The notes: generated by a model not told the origin, from the sequence alone. A DNA stretch of 64,000 nt from an uncultured Chloroflexia bacterium (GCA_963749705.1 CAVVNQ010000007.1:179135-243134); one strand, 5' to 3'; counted from the first letter of the stretch, positions 9,942 through 21,006 are shown. A program made the numbers and translations.

Positions 9942-12450
9942 CTACGCCCGGATTCGCTGGTTCTCGGGGTCGAACAGGGGCCGCGATCCGGCCACCGCGA
10001 CCGTCACCGGGTAGCGCTCGGCGAAGTACTCGACGAACAGGTGGTTGCCCTCCACGGCGTGCTCGGGCGGCAGGTATGCCATCAGCGCGTACCGTGCCGG
10101 TCGACGGGCTGGCACCCGCGGAGGTCACGTAGGACCGCCGGCCCTTCGCGTCCGTGAGCGGCGTGCCATCCGCGGTCACGATCGGCTGCCGGCCGAGCGG
10201 GTAGCGCTTCTCGCCGCTGGCCGACGTGTGGTCGTCCACGGTCAGCGTGCACAGGACGGCCGCCGGTTCCTCGCCCAGCTGGCGCAGGACGGCGTCGCGA
10301 CCGACGAAGTCGATGCCCTTGACCTTGACCGGCGCCATGCCCGCCTCGACCACGTTGTAGTCGCCGTCGAGCTCGGCGCCGTAGGCGCGATAGCTCTTCT
10401 CGAGCCGACCGGTGGACACGTAGACCCCGATCCCGCAGGCGGTGAGCCCGTGCGGCCGTCCCGCCTCCCACAGCTCGTCCCACAGGCGCTGTCCCTGCTC
10501 CATCGGCACGTACAGCTCCCAGCCCAGCTCGCCGACGTACGAGATCCGCGATGCCAGCACCAGCTGGGACCCGATCTCGACGGTGCGGCAGGTGCCGAAC
10601 CTGAACGCCTCGTTGGACATGTCCGCCCGGGTGATCGACTGCACGATGTCCCGCGCGCGCGGCCCCCACAGCCCGATCGTGGTGTACGCGGTGGACACGT
10701 CGACGATCGCGGCATCGGCGGGCATGTGGTCACGGAACCACTTGAGGTCGCTCATGCCGTGGGCCCCGCCGGTGACCACGCGGAACGTGGACTCGTCCAG
10801 CCGCATGATCGTGAGGTCGCTCTTGAAGCCGCCCTCCTGCGACAGGACCGGCGTGTAGACCACGCGCCCGACCGGGACGTCCATCTGGCGCATCGCGACC
10901 GACTGCACGCCCGCCAGCGCGCCCGGGCCCACGATGTCGAACTTCATGAACGACGACAGGTCGAAGATGCCGGCCGTCTCGCGCATGGCGAGGTGCTCGG
11001 CGTTGATGATCGGCGACCACCACCGGGCGTCCCACTCGTTGGGGCGGGTCGCGATGCCGTACTTCTCGACCAGCGGCGCGTTGGACTCGAACCACTGCGG
11101 GCGCTCGAAGCCGGCGGCCTCGAAGAACGTCGCGCCGGCGGCCGTGTGCCACTCGTGCATCGGGGATCGTCGGATCGGGCGGTCGGACTCGTACTGCTCG
11201 GCCGGATGGACGATGCCGTAGGTCTTGGGAAACGCCTCGAACGCGCGGGCCTTGACGTGCTGGCGCGTCTTCTGGTGGGCGTGGAAGCGCGCCACGTCGG
11301 AGGCGCCAAGGTCGATCGAGGGCTCGCCGTGGACCATCCACTCGGCGACGCACCTGCCGACCGCGGGACCCTCCTTGACCCATACGGCCGCCGCCGACCA
11401 CAGGCCCTTGACCTCGGGCGTCTCGCCCAGGACGGGCATGCCGTCCGGGGTCAGCGCGATGAGGCCGTTGATCGCGTACTTCACGCCGACGGACTCGTCG
11501 CCCACGATCTCGGGCATCAGGTCCAGCGCGTCCCCCATCTGGGGGTCGAAGTCGTCCTGCGTGAACGGGAACTCCGTGGGCGACAGCGCCGCCTGCTCGA
11601 TCGACGGGATGTCCTCCGGGTCGTGGAGGATCGAGCGATGCGCGTAGGATCCGATCTCGAGCCCGATGCCGTCCTGGCGCTCGTACATCAGGACGTCCAT
11701 GTCGCGCACGATCGGGAACTCGATCGCCCTGGACGAGCGCTCGAAGCGGGGGACGGGACCGACGTCGATCATCTGGTGCACGACCGGCGTGAGCGGGATG
11801 TGCGAGCCGGCCATCTCGGCGATCATCGGCGCCCACACGCCGCACGCGATCACGACGTACTCGGCCTCGACGGTGCCCCGCGTGGTCTGGACGGAGCGGA
11901 CCCGACCGCCGGTGGTGTCGAACCCCTGGACCTCGGTGTTGGCGAACACGGTCAGGGCGCCCATCGCCTCGGCCTTCTCGCGGCACAGGGTCCCGAACTG
12001 GAGCGAGTCGCACACGCCGACGCCCGGCGTGTAGAAGCCACCGACCAGGATCGACTCGTCGATGAACGGGACCAGGTCCTTGATCTCGGCCGGCGTGACC
12101 AGGCGGGCGTCGTCGATGCCCCAGTTCTTGGCCGAGTCCATCCGACGGCGGAGCTCGTTCATCCGGGTCTCGGTGCGCGCGACCTCGATGCCGCCGCACT
12201 CGGTGTACACGTCCCAGTCGCGGTACTGTCGCGCGCTCTCGGCCGTGAGCGCGGTCATCTCCTTGTTGTGGTCGACCAGGAAGATGAAGTTCGACGCGTG
12301 GCCGGTGGAGCCACCGGGGTTGGGTAGCGGCCCCTTGTCGATCAGCAGGATGTCGCGCCAGCCCAGGTTGGCCAGGTGGTAGGCGAGGCTGTTGCCGACG
12401 ATGCCTGCGCCGATGATGACGACCTTGGCGCGGGCCGGGAAGCTGGCCAT
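9942..12450 (-). CDS. FAD-dependent dimethylglycine dehydrogenase/oxidase (DAO + GcvT domains), with an apparent +1 frameshift near 10095
   Basis: VVIIGAGIVG, GGSTGHAS, ISYVGELGWELY; conserved C-terminus (RYALMAYLP..FDPENQRIRA*) continues in another frame to TAG at 9942-9944; AGGAG RBS. Confidence 0.85.
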
Positions 12451-12630
12451 GAACGGTGCTCCTGTCCTGGATATGGCGATTCGCAGCAATGCCGTATGCG
12501 CGACGCGAGTCGCGTGCCTGGTCTGCGTGCTTCCTTCCCGTGGGGAGCTGGGACGAGAAGTCAGGGGCCGTTGGTCACTGGGATGTCGCGACCGGGAGTG
12601 CGCTCTGTCGCCCGTTGGGCCGATCGCTGG

Positions 12631-12661
12631 AGGCTAACTGTTGACAATCGTCATGTCAACA
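12631..12661 (-). promoter_or_regulatory. Sigma70 promoter of the dehydrogenase-etf-liv operon overlapped by a palindromic operator
   Basis: Minus strand TTGACA(12659-12654)-N17-TAGCCT(12636-12631); inverted repeat TGTTGACA-N7-TGTCAACA at 12639-12661. Confidence 0.75.
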
Positions 12662-12724
12662 ACAGATGGGTCCCAAAGATGTATGCTCCGGCGCACTGGT
12701 CGGACCCCGGTCGACGGAGACCCG

Positions 12725-13531
12725 ATGACATCGATCGCACACAAGCAGCTCTGGGAGTCCGTGGCCGACGAGCTGCGGGATTCAATCCTCGACGGGCGCC
12801 TGCCGGCGGGATCCCGGCTCCTCGAGACGGAGCTCGCCGAGCGCTTCGGCGTGTCGCGCGGCCCGGTCCGGGACGCGCTCCGCGAGCTGGCCCGCGAGGG
12901 CCTCGCGATCGACCTCCCGCGCCGCGGCACGTTCGTCAGCAGCCTCACCGAACGGGACCTCGAGGAGGTCTACGTCATCCGGCGCGCGATCGAGGAGGCA
13001 GCCGTCCGGCTCGTCATCGAGCATGCGACCGACGAGGACATCGCCGCGATGTTCACGGTCCTCGCGGAGGCCGAGGCGGCATACGGCCGTGACGACCTCG
13101 GCGCCGCCTGGGAGGCCGACATGGCCTTCCACCGGAGCTACTGCCGCCTGTCGAGCAACGGGCGCCTGCTGGCGCTGTTCGATGACCTCGCATCGCAGAC
13201 GGTGCTGCTGATGCGGACCGCCCTCGCGGCTCGCTCGTCGCTTGCCTGGACGCCCCCGGTGGAGCTCCATCGCCGGATCGCCTCGTGCATCGCGGCCCGC
13301 GACGTCCCGGGCGCCCTGGCGGCGGTCGGCGCGCACTACCAGTACACGCAGGACCGGCTGCACGCGTCGGAGGCCGCCCCGCCCCTTGAAGCCGTCTCGC
13401 CCGAGGCCGCATCGACCGCAGAGATCGTCGCGCTCGCCGCCGCCCCGCAGGACACGGCCGGCCGGGCGATGCCGGCTGCGACGGCTGACCACGGGCTCGA
13501 GGAGGCCGTTCCCGACCGGGTCGCCGGCTGA
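12725..13531 (+). CDS. GntR/FadR-family transcriptional regulator
   Basis: LRDSILDGRLPAGSRLLETELAERFGVSRGPVRDAL wHTH plus FCD (ADMAFH); GGAGA RBS. Confidence 0.93.
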   Translation: MTSIAHKQLWESVADELRDSILDGRLPAGSRLLETELAERFGVSRGPVRDALRELAREGLAIDLPRRGTFVSSLTERDLEEVYVIRRAIEEAAVRLVIEHATDEDIAAMFTVLAEAEAAYGRDDLGAAWEADMAFHRSYCRLSSNGRLLALFDDLASQTVLLMRTALAARSSLAWTPPVELHRRIASCIAARDVPGALAAVGAHYQYTQDRLHASEAAPPLEAVSPEAASTAEIVALAAAPQDTAGRAMPAATADHGLEEAVPDRVAG

Positions 13532-13631
13532 CCCGGCAGCGGCGGCATCCCTGCCGCCGCGCGACACGACCCTCGTCCGCGACACCTCGGCCGCCCACGA
13601 TTCCGGTCTGGACGCGGGGCCGCCATGTGTC

Positions 13632-13676
13632 TAGACTTGTCTCGCCATCAGCAACGAGTTGCTCATGACGCGACAA
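13632..13676 (+). promoter_or_regulatory. -10 element and 40-bp imperfect palindrome (candidate repressor operator) upstream of the corrinoid operon
   Basis: TAGACT at 13632; arms TTGTCTCGCCATCAGCAAC / GTTGCTCATGACGCGACAA (16 of 19 complementary). Confidence 0.6.
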
Positions 13677-13696
13677 CTGCAGTCCTGAGGAAGGCG

Positions 13697-14401
<705 letters not shown>

Positions 14402-14402
14402 G

Positions 14403-15083
14403 ATGGCGCCGTCGGCGGCGACGTCCGGGGCGACCCGGCCGACCACGCTGGTGATCGGTTGCGGCGCGCTCGGCCGCGAGCTCGTGACGCTCGTCCGCCT
14501 CAATAACCTGGACGCGGTCGACATCCGCTGCCTGCCGGCCTCGCTCCATAACCGGCCCGACCGGATCCCGGCGGCCGTGGACCGGATGATCCGATCGGCG
14601 CGCGGCAGCTACGCGCGGATCCTGGTCGCGTACGGCGATTGCGGCACCGGCGGCGCGCTGGACCGGGTCCTCGAGGTCCACGGCGTCGAGCGGCTGCCCG
14701 GGGCGCACTGCTACCAGGTCTACGGCGGGCCGGCCTTCGACCGCCTGGCCGACGAGGAGCCGGGCACCTTCTACCTCACGGACTTCCTGGCCCGCAGCTT
14801 CGACCGGCTCGTGATCGAGGGGCTGGGGCTGGACCGCCACCCCGAGCTGCTCCCGGTGTACTTCGCGGGCTACCGGCGGGTGGTCTATCTCTCGCAGCGC
14901 GACGATCCGGACCTGCTGGCGCGCGCGCGACGGGCGGCCACCCGGCTGGGGCTCGCGTTCGAGCACCGACGGACCGGGTACGGTGGGCTCGAGACGGCGA
15001 TCGCCGCGCTCGGCGCGGCGGTGGCGCCCGGGCCCGGGGCCGCCCTGCCCGAACCAGCCCGCGCCGCGGCCGGGACCGCCTGA
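14403..15083 (+). CDS. DUF1638-like protein
   Basis: IGCGAL, LPASLHNRPDRI, YGDCGTGG, HCY, GTFYLTDFL motifs; found with corrinoid methyltransferases. Confidence 0.75.
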   Translation: MAPSAATSGATRPTTLVIGCGALGRELVTLVRLNNLDAVDIRCLPASLHNRPDRIPAAVDRMIRSARGSYARILVAYGDCGTGGALDRVLEVHGVERLPGAHCYQVYGGPAFDRLADEEPGTFYLTDFLARSFDRLVIEGLGLDRHPELLPVYFAGYRRVVYLSQRDDPDLLARARRAATRLGLAFEHRRTGYGGLETAIAALGAAVAPGPGAALPEPARAAAGTA

Positions 15084-15085
15084 CG

Positions 15086-15553
15086 ATGGCACCGCGGCTG
15101 ACCGTGATCTCGTGGCGCGACATCCCGGCGCAGGTCACCGCACGCGATGGCCGCCGGGCGGGCCGGGCGATGCTCGGGCTGCGGTTCCAGGTCGCGATCG
15201 ACCGGGCAGCGACGCGCGCCGGCAAGAAGCACATGGACGACTACCTCGCGGAGTGGCGGCGGACCGACCGCGCCTGCGGGCCGGACCTCGATGCGGAGGT
15301 GGCCGCCGAGGCTGCCCGGCTCGAGGCCCGCTATACCAACCGCGACCTTGCGTCCCTGGTCGCGAACCTCGGCGCGGCGCCGGCAGGAACCGGCGACCCG
15401 GCCACGAACGGCGGTGGCTCCGGTCCTCGCCGTCGCGGCCGGCGGCTCGACGCGCGCCCCGACGAGGCCACGGCCAGCCCGGCAGCCGGCGAGCAGCCGG
15501 CAGCCGGACCGGCGCCCGGTGACGATCCGGACGCCACCAGGGAGGCACCATGA
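15086..15553 (+). CDS. Small conserved protein of the 'virulence factor' (CvfA/B/C-like) family found in betaine-demethylation clusters
   Basis: WRDIPAQV, RFQVAIDRAA, DDYLAEWRR motifs; stop overlaps next ATG. Confidence 0.7.
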   Translation: MAPRLTVISWRDIPAQVTARDGRRAGRAMLGLRFQVAIDRAATRAGKKHMDDYLAEWRRTDRACGPDLDAEVAAEAARLEARYTNRDLASLVANLGAAPAGTGDPATNGGGSGPRRRGRRLDARPDEATASPAAGEQPAAGPAPGDDPDATREAP

Positions 15554-16494
15554 CCCGCACCGTGATCAGCTCGGCGACCCGGACCGTGACCATCGGGGAC
15601 GACCGGCCGTTCGTCGTCATCGGCGAACGGATCAACCCCACCGGTCGCAAGCTGCTCGCGGAGGAGATGCGCGCCGGCGACTTCAGCCGCGTCGAGCGCG
15701 ACGCCGTCGCGCAGGTGGCCGCGGGGGCTCACATGCTCGACGTCAACGCGGGGATCCCGCTCGCCGACGAGCCGGCCATCCTGGCCCAGACGGTGCGCCT
15801 GGTCCAGTCGCTGACCGACGTCCCGCTGTCGATCGACTCCTCGATCGTCGATGCGCTCGAGGCGGGGCTGGCCGCCTACCAGGGCAAGGCGCTGGTCAAC
15901 TCGGTCACCGGCGAGGAGGAGCGGCTCGAGCGGGTCCTGCCCCTGATCAAGAAGTACGGCGCCGCGGTCGTCGCGATCTCCAACGACGACACCGGCATCT
16001 CGATGGATCCCGAGGTCCGGTTCGCGGTCGCGAAGCGGATCGTCGAGCGGGCCGCGGACCATGGCATCCCGCGTGAGGATGTCATCGTGGACCCGCTGGT
16101 GATGCCAATCGGCGCGCTGGGGACCGCCGGCCGCCAGGTCTTCCGCCTGCTGGCCCGGCTGCGTGACGAGCTGGGCGTCAACACGGTGTGCGGCGCGTCC
16201 AACGTGAGCTTCGGACTGCCGCGCCGCGAGGGGATCAACTCCGCGTTCCTCGCGATGGCCATCTCGAGCGGGCTGACGAGCGCGATCACCAACCCGCTGC
16301 TGGCCGAGGTCCGCGAGGCGATCATGGCTGCGGACGTGCTGATGGGCAACGACCCGGAGTGCGGACGCTGGATCCGTTCGCACCGCGAGCCCGAGGTCGA
16401 GGGGCAGGCCGGGCGGCGCGTCAACCGCCGCCGATCCGGTGCCGCCGGCGCCGTCGCGACCCGCGCCGCGGACGCGGGTTCGGCCGGCGGCTGA
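15550..16494 (+). CDS. Methylcorrinoid:tetrahydrofolate methyltransferase (pterin-binding, DHPS-like)
   Basis: IGERINPTGRK, LDVNAG, PLSIDSS, LVNSVTGE, GASNVSFGLP. Confidence 0.92.
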   Translation: MTRTVISSATRTVTIGDDRPFVVIGERINPTGRKLLAEEMRAGDFSRVERDAVAQVAAGAHMLDVNAGIPLADEPAILAQTVRLVQSLTDVPLSIDSSIVDALEAGLAAYQGKALVNSVTGEEERLERVLPLIKKYGAAVVAISNDDTGISMDPEVRFAVAKRIVERAADHGIPREDVIVDPLVMPIGALGTAGRQVFRLLARLRDELGVNTVCGASNVSFGLPRREGINSAFLAMAISSGLTSAITNPLLAEVREAIMAADVLMGNDPECGRWIRSHREPEVEGQAGRRVNRRRSGAAGAVATRAADAGSAGG

Positions 16495-16504
16495 GCCCCG
16501 CATC

Positions 16505-18544
16505 GTGGCCGCGTCCTCCGATCCGCTGATCGTGTTCACCCCCTCGGGTCGCCGGGGGCGCTTCCCGGTGGGAACCACGGTGCTCGATGCCGCTCGCTCG
16601 CTGAGCGTGGACATCGATTCGGTATGCGGCGGGCGGGGGATCTGCGGGCGGTGCCAGGTGGAACAGGGGCTGGGCGTGTTCCTCAAGCACGGGATCACCT
16701 CGATCCCCGAGCACCTGGATCCGCCGACCTCGGTCGAGGCCGTGTATGCGGCACGGAAGGGGCTGGCCGAGGGCCGCCGGCTCAGCTGCACGGCCACGAT
16801 CCGGGGCGACGCCGTGATCGACGTCCCGGCCGCCAGCCAGGTCCATCGCCAGGTCGTGCGCAAGGAGCTCGACGTCCGGCCGTTCGAGCTCGATCCCGTC
16901 GTCCGCCTGCACTACGTGGAGGTCACGCCACCCGACCTGGGCGCGCAGGCATCGGATCTCTCGCGCCTGCTCGCCGCGCTCCAGCGCGACTGGACGCTGA
17001 CCGGGCTCGACGTCGATCTGGCGGTGATCCGCGCCCTCCAGCCCGCGCTCCTCGCGGAGGGTGGCGCCGTCACCGTCGCCGTCCACGACGGTCGCTCCGT
17101 GAGCGCGGTGTGGCCGGGCTTCCGGGACCGTGCCTTCGGGGTCGCCGTCGACGTCGGCTCCACGACGATCGCCGGCCACCTGGCGAACCTGCTCGACGGC
17201 ACCGTGCTCGCGTCGGCCGGCATGATGAACCCGCAGATCCGGTTCGGCGAGGACCTCATGAGCCGCGTCTCGTACGCGATGCTCCACGACGGCGGGGCGG
17301 CCGAGATGACTCGCGCGGTGCGCACGGCCGTCCGCGATCTCGTCGGCCGGCTGGCGACCGAGGCCCGCGTCGAGCCCGACGAGATCCTCGAGCTCACGTT
17401 CGTCGGCAATCCGATCATGCATCACCTGCTGCTCGGGCTCGACCCGACGCCCCTCGGCCAGGCGCCGTTCACGCTGGCAACCGAGCACGCCGTGCGCACC
17501 AGCGCCGCGTCCCTGGACCTGGCCGTGAACGCCGGGGCGCGTGTCTACGTCCTGCCCTGCATCGCCGGCCACGTCGGCGCCGACACCGCCGGGGTGATCC
17601 TGGCCGAGCAGCCGCACCGGTCGGAGGCGATCGTGCTCATCGCGGACGTCGGCACCAACGCCGAGATCGTGCTGGGCAACCGCGATCGGCTCCTGGCGGC
17701 GTCGAGCCCCACCGGCCCGGCGTTCGAGGGAGCGCAGATCAGCGCCGGCCAGCGTGCGGCGCCGGGCGCGATCGAGCGCGTCCGCGTGGACCGGCAGACG
17801 CTCGAGCCGCGGTTCCAGGTCATCGGCTCGTCGCTATGGTCCGACGACCCCGACTTCGCCCGGGCGACGGCCGAGACCGGTGTCACGGGCATCTGCGGCT
17901 CCGGGATCATCGAGGCGGTCGCCGAGCTGTACCTCGCGGGCGTGATCGGCCAGGACGGGGTGATCGACGGCAAGCTCGCGGCGCGGAGCAAGCGGATCGT
18001 GCCCGACGGGCGAACGTTCGCGTACCTCCTGGCGGACACCCCGCGGATCGCCGTCACCCAGTCCGACGTGCGCGCGATCCAGCTGGCCAAGGCGGCGCTG
18101 TACGCGGGCGCCCGCCTGCTGATGGACGCCTACGGCGTGGATGCGGTGGACGAGGTTCGCCTCGCGGGCGCCTTTGGCAGCCACATCGACGTGCGCCACG
18201 CGATGGTCCTGGGGCTCGTGCCCGATTGCGACCTCGACCGCGTCGCATCGGTGGGCAACGCCGCCGGGGCGGGCGCGCTGATCGCGCTCCTGTCGGCAAG
18301 CGGCCGGGCGGAGGTCGAGGAGGCCGTCGGGAGGGTCAGGAAGATCGAGACCGCCATCGAGCCGCGTTTCCAGGAGCACTTCGTGGACGCGCTCGCGATC
18401 CCGCACGGCAGCGCGCCCTATCCCAACCTGTCCCGTGCGGTGGAGCTGCCGGCCCGACCGGCAGCCCGCCGCGAGACCCGCGCTGGACGACCAGGACGAC
18501 GGCGACGGATGGCCACCGCCGCGACGCACGAGGAGGACCGATGA
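16505..18544 (+). CDS. ATP-dependent corrinoid reductive activator (RamA/RACE-like, 2Fe-2S + ASKHA)
   Basis: CGGRGICGRC..RLSC 2Fe-2S; DVGSTT, NPQIRFGEDLMSR, DVGTNAEI, GPAFEG, GICGSG, LAGAFG; start approximate. Confidence 0.9.
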   Translation: MAASSDPLIVFTPSGRRGRFPVGTTVLDAARSLSVDIDSVCGGRGICGRCQVEQGLGVFLKHGITSIPEHLDPPTSVEAVYAARKGLAEGRRLSCTATIRGDAVIDVPAASQVHRQVVRKELDVRPFELDPVVRLHYVEVTPPDLGAQASDLSRLLAALQRDWTLTGLDVDLAVIRALQPALLAEGGAVTVAVHDGRSVSAVWPGFRDRAFGVAVDVGSTTIAGHLANLLDGTVLASAGMMNPQIRFGEDLMSRVSYAMLHDGGAAEMTRAVRTAVRDLVGRLATEARVEPDEILELTFVGNPIMHHLLLGLDPTPLGQAPFTLATEHAVRTSAASLDLAVNAGARVYVLPCIAGHVGADTAGVILAEQPHRSEAIVLIADVGTNAEIVLGNRDRLLAASSPTGPAFEGAQISAGQRAAPGAIERVRVDRQTLEPRFQVIGSSLWSDDPDFARATAETGVTGICGSGIIEAVAELYLAGVIGQDGVIDGKLAARSKRIVPDGRTFAYLLADTPRIAVTQSDVRAIQLAKAALYAGARLLMDAYGVDAVDEVRLAGAFGSHIDVRHAMVLGLVPDCDLDRVASVGNAAGAGALIALLSASGRAEVEEAVGRVRKIETAIEPRFQEHFVDALAIPHGSAPYPNLSRAVELPARPAARRETRAGRPGRRRRMATAATHEEDR

Positions 18545-20082
18545 GCACTGACCTGCATCACCGTCGCACCGGGGGTCGTGCCGGCCGGCAGGCCGCCCGG
18601 GCGCATGCCGCCGTCGCGCGCGTGCCGTTCCTGACCCGGACCCTCGCTCCATTCGAGGTGCTCGACGAGGAGGGCCTGTCGCTGATCGAGCGCAACGCCG
18701 ACATCATCCTCCAGGAGGTTGGCCTCGAGTTCCACGGCGATCCGGAGGCCCTCCGGATCCTCGCCGACGCCGGCGCCGACGTCGATGGCGAGCGGGTCCG
18801 CTTTCCCCTGGGCATGTGCCGCCAGATCGTCCGCGCCAGCGCGCCGCACCAGTTCGTGCAGCACGCCCGCAACCCGGCGAACAGCGTCACCATCGGCGGT
18901 CCGCACACCGTGCTGGCCCCTGCGTACGGCTCGCCGTTCGTGCGCGATCTCGATCACGGCCGGCGATACGGCACCCTCGAGGACTTCCGCAACTTCGTCA
19001 AGCTCGCGTACCTCAGCCCGCACCTCCATCACTCCGGAGGCACGGTCTGCGAGCCCGTGGACGTGCCCGTCAACAAGCGGCACCTGGACATGGTCTACAG
19101 CCACATCCGCGACACGGACAAGCCGTTCATGGGCTCCGTCACGGCGCCCGAGCGCGCGCGCGACACCGTCGAGATGGCCCGGATCGCGTTCGGCGAGGAC
19201 TTCGTCCGGGACAACACCGTGATCGTGAGCCTGATCAACGCGAACTCGCCGCTCGTGTGGGACGCGTCGATGCTGGGGGCCGCGCGCGTCTACGCGGAAG
19301 CCAACCAGGCGACGATCATGACGCCGTTCATCCTGGCCGGAGCGATGTCCCCCGTGACCGTTGCCGGGACCGCGGCCCAGACCCTGGCCGAGGCACTGGG
19401 CGGGATGGCGTTCGTCCAGCTCGTCCGGCCCGGGGCGCCCGTGATCCTCGGCTCGTTCGCGAGCTCGATCTCGATGCAGTCCGGCGCGCCGACCTTCGGC
19501 ACCCCGGAGCCGGCGCTCGTCCTGTACGTGATGGCCGCGCTCGCGCGCCGGCTGGGTGTCCCGTTCCGCTCCGGCGGCAGCCTCACGGCGTCCAAGCTGG
19601 CCGACGCACAGGCCGCCTACGAGTCCGCCGCGACCCTCCAGCCCACCGTGCTCGGCGGCACCAACTTCGTGCTCCATGCCGCCGGCTGGCTCGAGGGCGG
19701 CCTCACGATGGGCTACGAGAAGTTCATCCTCGACGCGGACCAGTGCGGGATGATGGGCGTGTTCACGCGCGGCGTCGACCTGTCCGAGAACGGACAGGCG
19801 CTCGATGCCATCCGCGAGAACGGGCCCGGCCAGCACTTCCTCGGCACGGCGCACACCCTCGCCAACTTCGAGACCGCCTTCTACCGTTCGGACGTTGCCG
19901 ACAACAACAGCTTCGAGCAGTGGCTGGAGGATGGCAGCCAGGACGCCGCGTCCCGGGCCAACCGGGTCGCCAAGCGGATGCTGGCCGAGTACCAGGCGCC
20001 GCCGATCGATCCCGGGATCGACGAGGCGCTGCGGGACTTCGTCGCGCGACGCAAGGCCTCGATGCCGGACCAGGAGGTCTGA
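18541..20082 (+). CDS. mttB: Trimethylamine methyltransferase family (non-pyrrolysine MttB/MtgB-like, probable glycine betaine methyltransferase)
   Basis: GGTVCEPVD, NANSPL, PVTVAG, SGAPTFGTPE, HAAGWLEGGL, HFLGTAHT; no in-frame amber codon. Confidence 0.92.
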   Translation: MSTDLHHRRTGGRAGRQAARAHAAVARVPFLTRTLAPFEVLDEEGLSLIERNADIILQEVGLEFHGDPEALRILADAGADVDGERVRFPLGMCRQIVRASAPHQFVQHARNPANSVTIGGPHTVLAPAYGSPFVRDLDHGRRYGTLEDFRNFVKLAYLSPHLHHSGGTVCEPVDVPVNKRHLDMVYSHIRDTDKPFMGSVTAPERARDTVEMARIAFGEDFVRDNTVIVSLINANSPLVWDASMLGAARVYAEANQATIMTPFILAGAMSPVTVAGTAAQTLAEALGGMAFVQLVRPGAPVILGSFASSISMQSGAPTFGTPEPALVLYVMAALARRLGVPFRSGGSLTASKLADAQAAYESAATLQPTVLGGTNFVLHAAGWLEGGLTMGYEKFILDADQCGMMGVFTRGVDLSENGQALDAIRENGPGQHFLGTAHTLANFETAFYRSDVADNNSFEQWLEDGSQDAASRANRVAKRMLAEYQAPPIDPGIDEALRDFVARRKASMPDQEV

Positions 20083-20085
20083 CGG

Positions 20086-20964
20086 GTGGCCCGGACCGCT
20101 GCCTCGGAGCCCGGCGCCGGCGCCGCGATCCGGGCGCTGCTCGAGGACCCGCTGTTCGAGCTGATCCCGCTGAGCAACCTCGGCGAGCAGGCCGCGGCGC
20201 TCCCGCCCGGGGCAGCCGTGTCCGTCACGGCTTCCCCCGCCAAGGGCATCGAGGCGACGATCGGGGCGTGCGAGATGCTTGCCGGGCGTGGCTTTCGCGT
20301 GACCGCGCACCTCTCGGCGCGGATGATCCGCGACCGCACGCACCTGCGCGGCCTGCTCGACCGGTTGGAGGGGGCCGGGATCGGCTCGGTGTTCGTGATC
20401 GGCGGCGATGCCGCCGAGCCGGGCGAGTTTCCGGACGCGCTGGCGCTCCTGCGTGCGATGGCTGACCTGGGTGCCACCATTCGCGAGGTCGGCGTGGCCG
20501 GCTATCCCGAGGGGCATCCCGACATCCCGGATGGCCGCCTGCTCCAGGCGCTCGCGGCCAAGCAGCCGTTCGCGACCTCGATGACGACCCAGCTGTGCTT
20601 CGACCCCGGGGCGATCGCGCGCTGGCTCCGGTCGCGCCGGGAGGACGGGATCACGCTGCCCGCGATCATCGGGCTGCCGGGCGTGACCGACCTCCGCAAG
20701 CTGCTCGCGATCAGCGCCCGGATCGGGGTGGCGGACTCCCGGCGCTTCCTGCGCAAGAACGTCCACCTGGTGGGCCGCCTCGTGCGGCCGGGCGGGTTCG
20801 ATCCGGATTCGCTGCTCGCCGGCCTGGGGCCGCTGCTCCTCGAGGCCGGGCTCGACGTCCGTGGCGTGCACCTGTACACGTTCAACCAGGCACAGTCGAC
20901 CGTCGACTGGTGGCGGGCCTACCTCGGTGCGCTCAGCGGCGTGCCCGCGGGGGCGCCTCGATGA
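20086..20964 (+). CDS. metF: Methylenetetrahydrofolate reductase
   Basis: AHLSAR, VIGGD, VAGYPEGHP, TQLCFD, HLYTFN. Confidence 0.85.
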   Translation: MARTAASEPGAGAAIRALLEDPLFELIPLSNLGEQAAALPPGAAVSVTASPAKGIEATIGACEMLAGRGFRVTAHLSARMIRDRTHLRGLLDRLEGAGIGSVFVIGGDAAEPGEFPDALALLRAMADLGATIREVGVAGYPEGHPDIPDGRLLQALAAKQPFATSMTTQLCFDPGAIARWLRSRREDGITLPAIIGLPGVTDLRKLLAISARIGVADSRRFLRKNVHLVGRLVRPGGFDPDSLLAGLGPLLLEAGLDVRGVHLYTFNQAQSTVDWWRAYLGALSGVPAGAPR

Positions 20965-21006
20965 CCGAGCGCGGGGCGACGCCTGTCAGCCGGTGGATCG
21001 CACGCG

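Noticed and set aside
9175-12489. Evolved 1104-aa dehydrogenase-EtfB fusion as a normal gene
   Set aside because: The intact dehydrogenase C-terminus, its stop and an etfB ATG are all present; a one-base frameshift explains the ORF
12451-12630. Possible cobalamin or other riboswitch in the long leader (GTCACTGGG..ACCGGGAG)
   Set aside because: Lacks the GGGAA..GGTG.AA.TCC and AGYCAGRAGACC B12-box elements, and the resemblance is on the strand opposite the operon
18541-20082. Pyrrolysine-containing MttB
   Set aside because: No in-frame TAG and no pyl genes in the window
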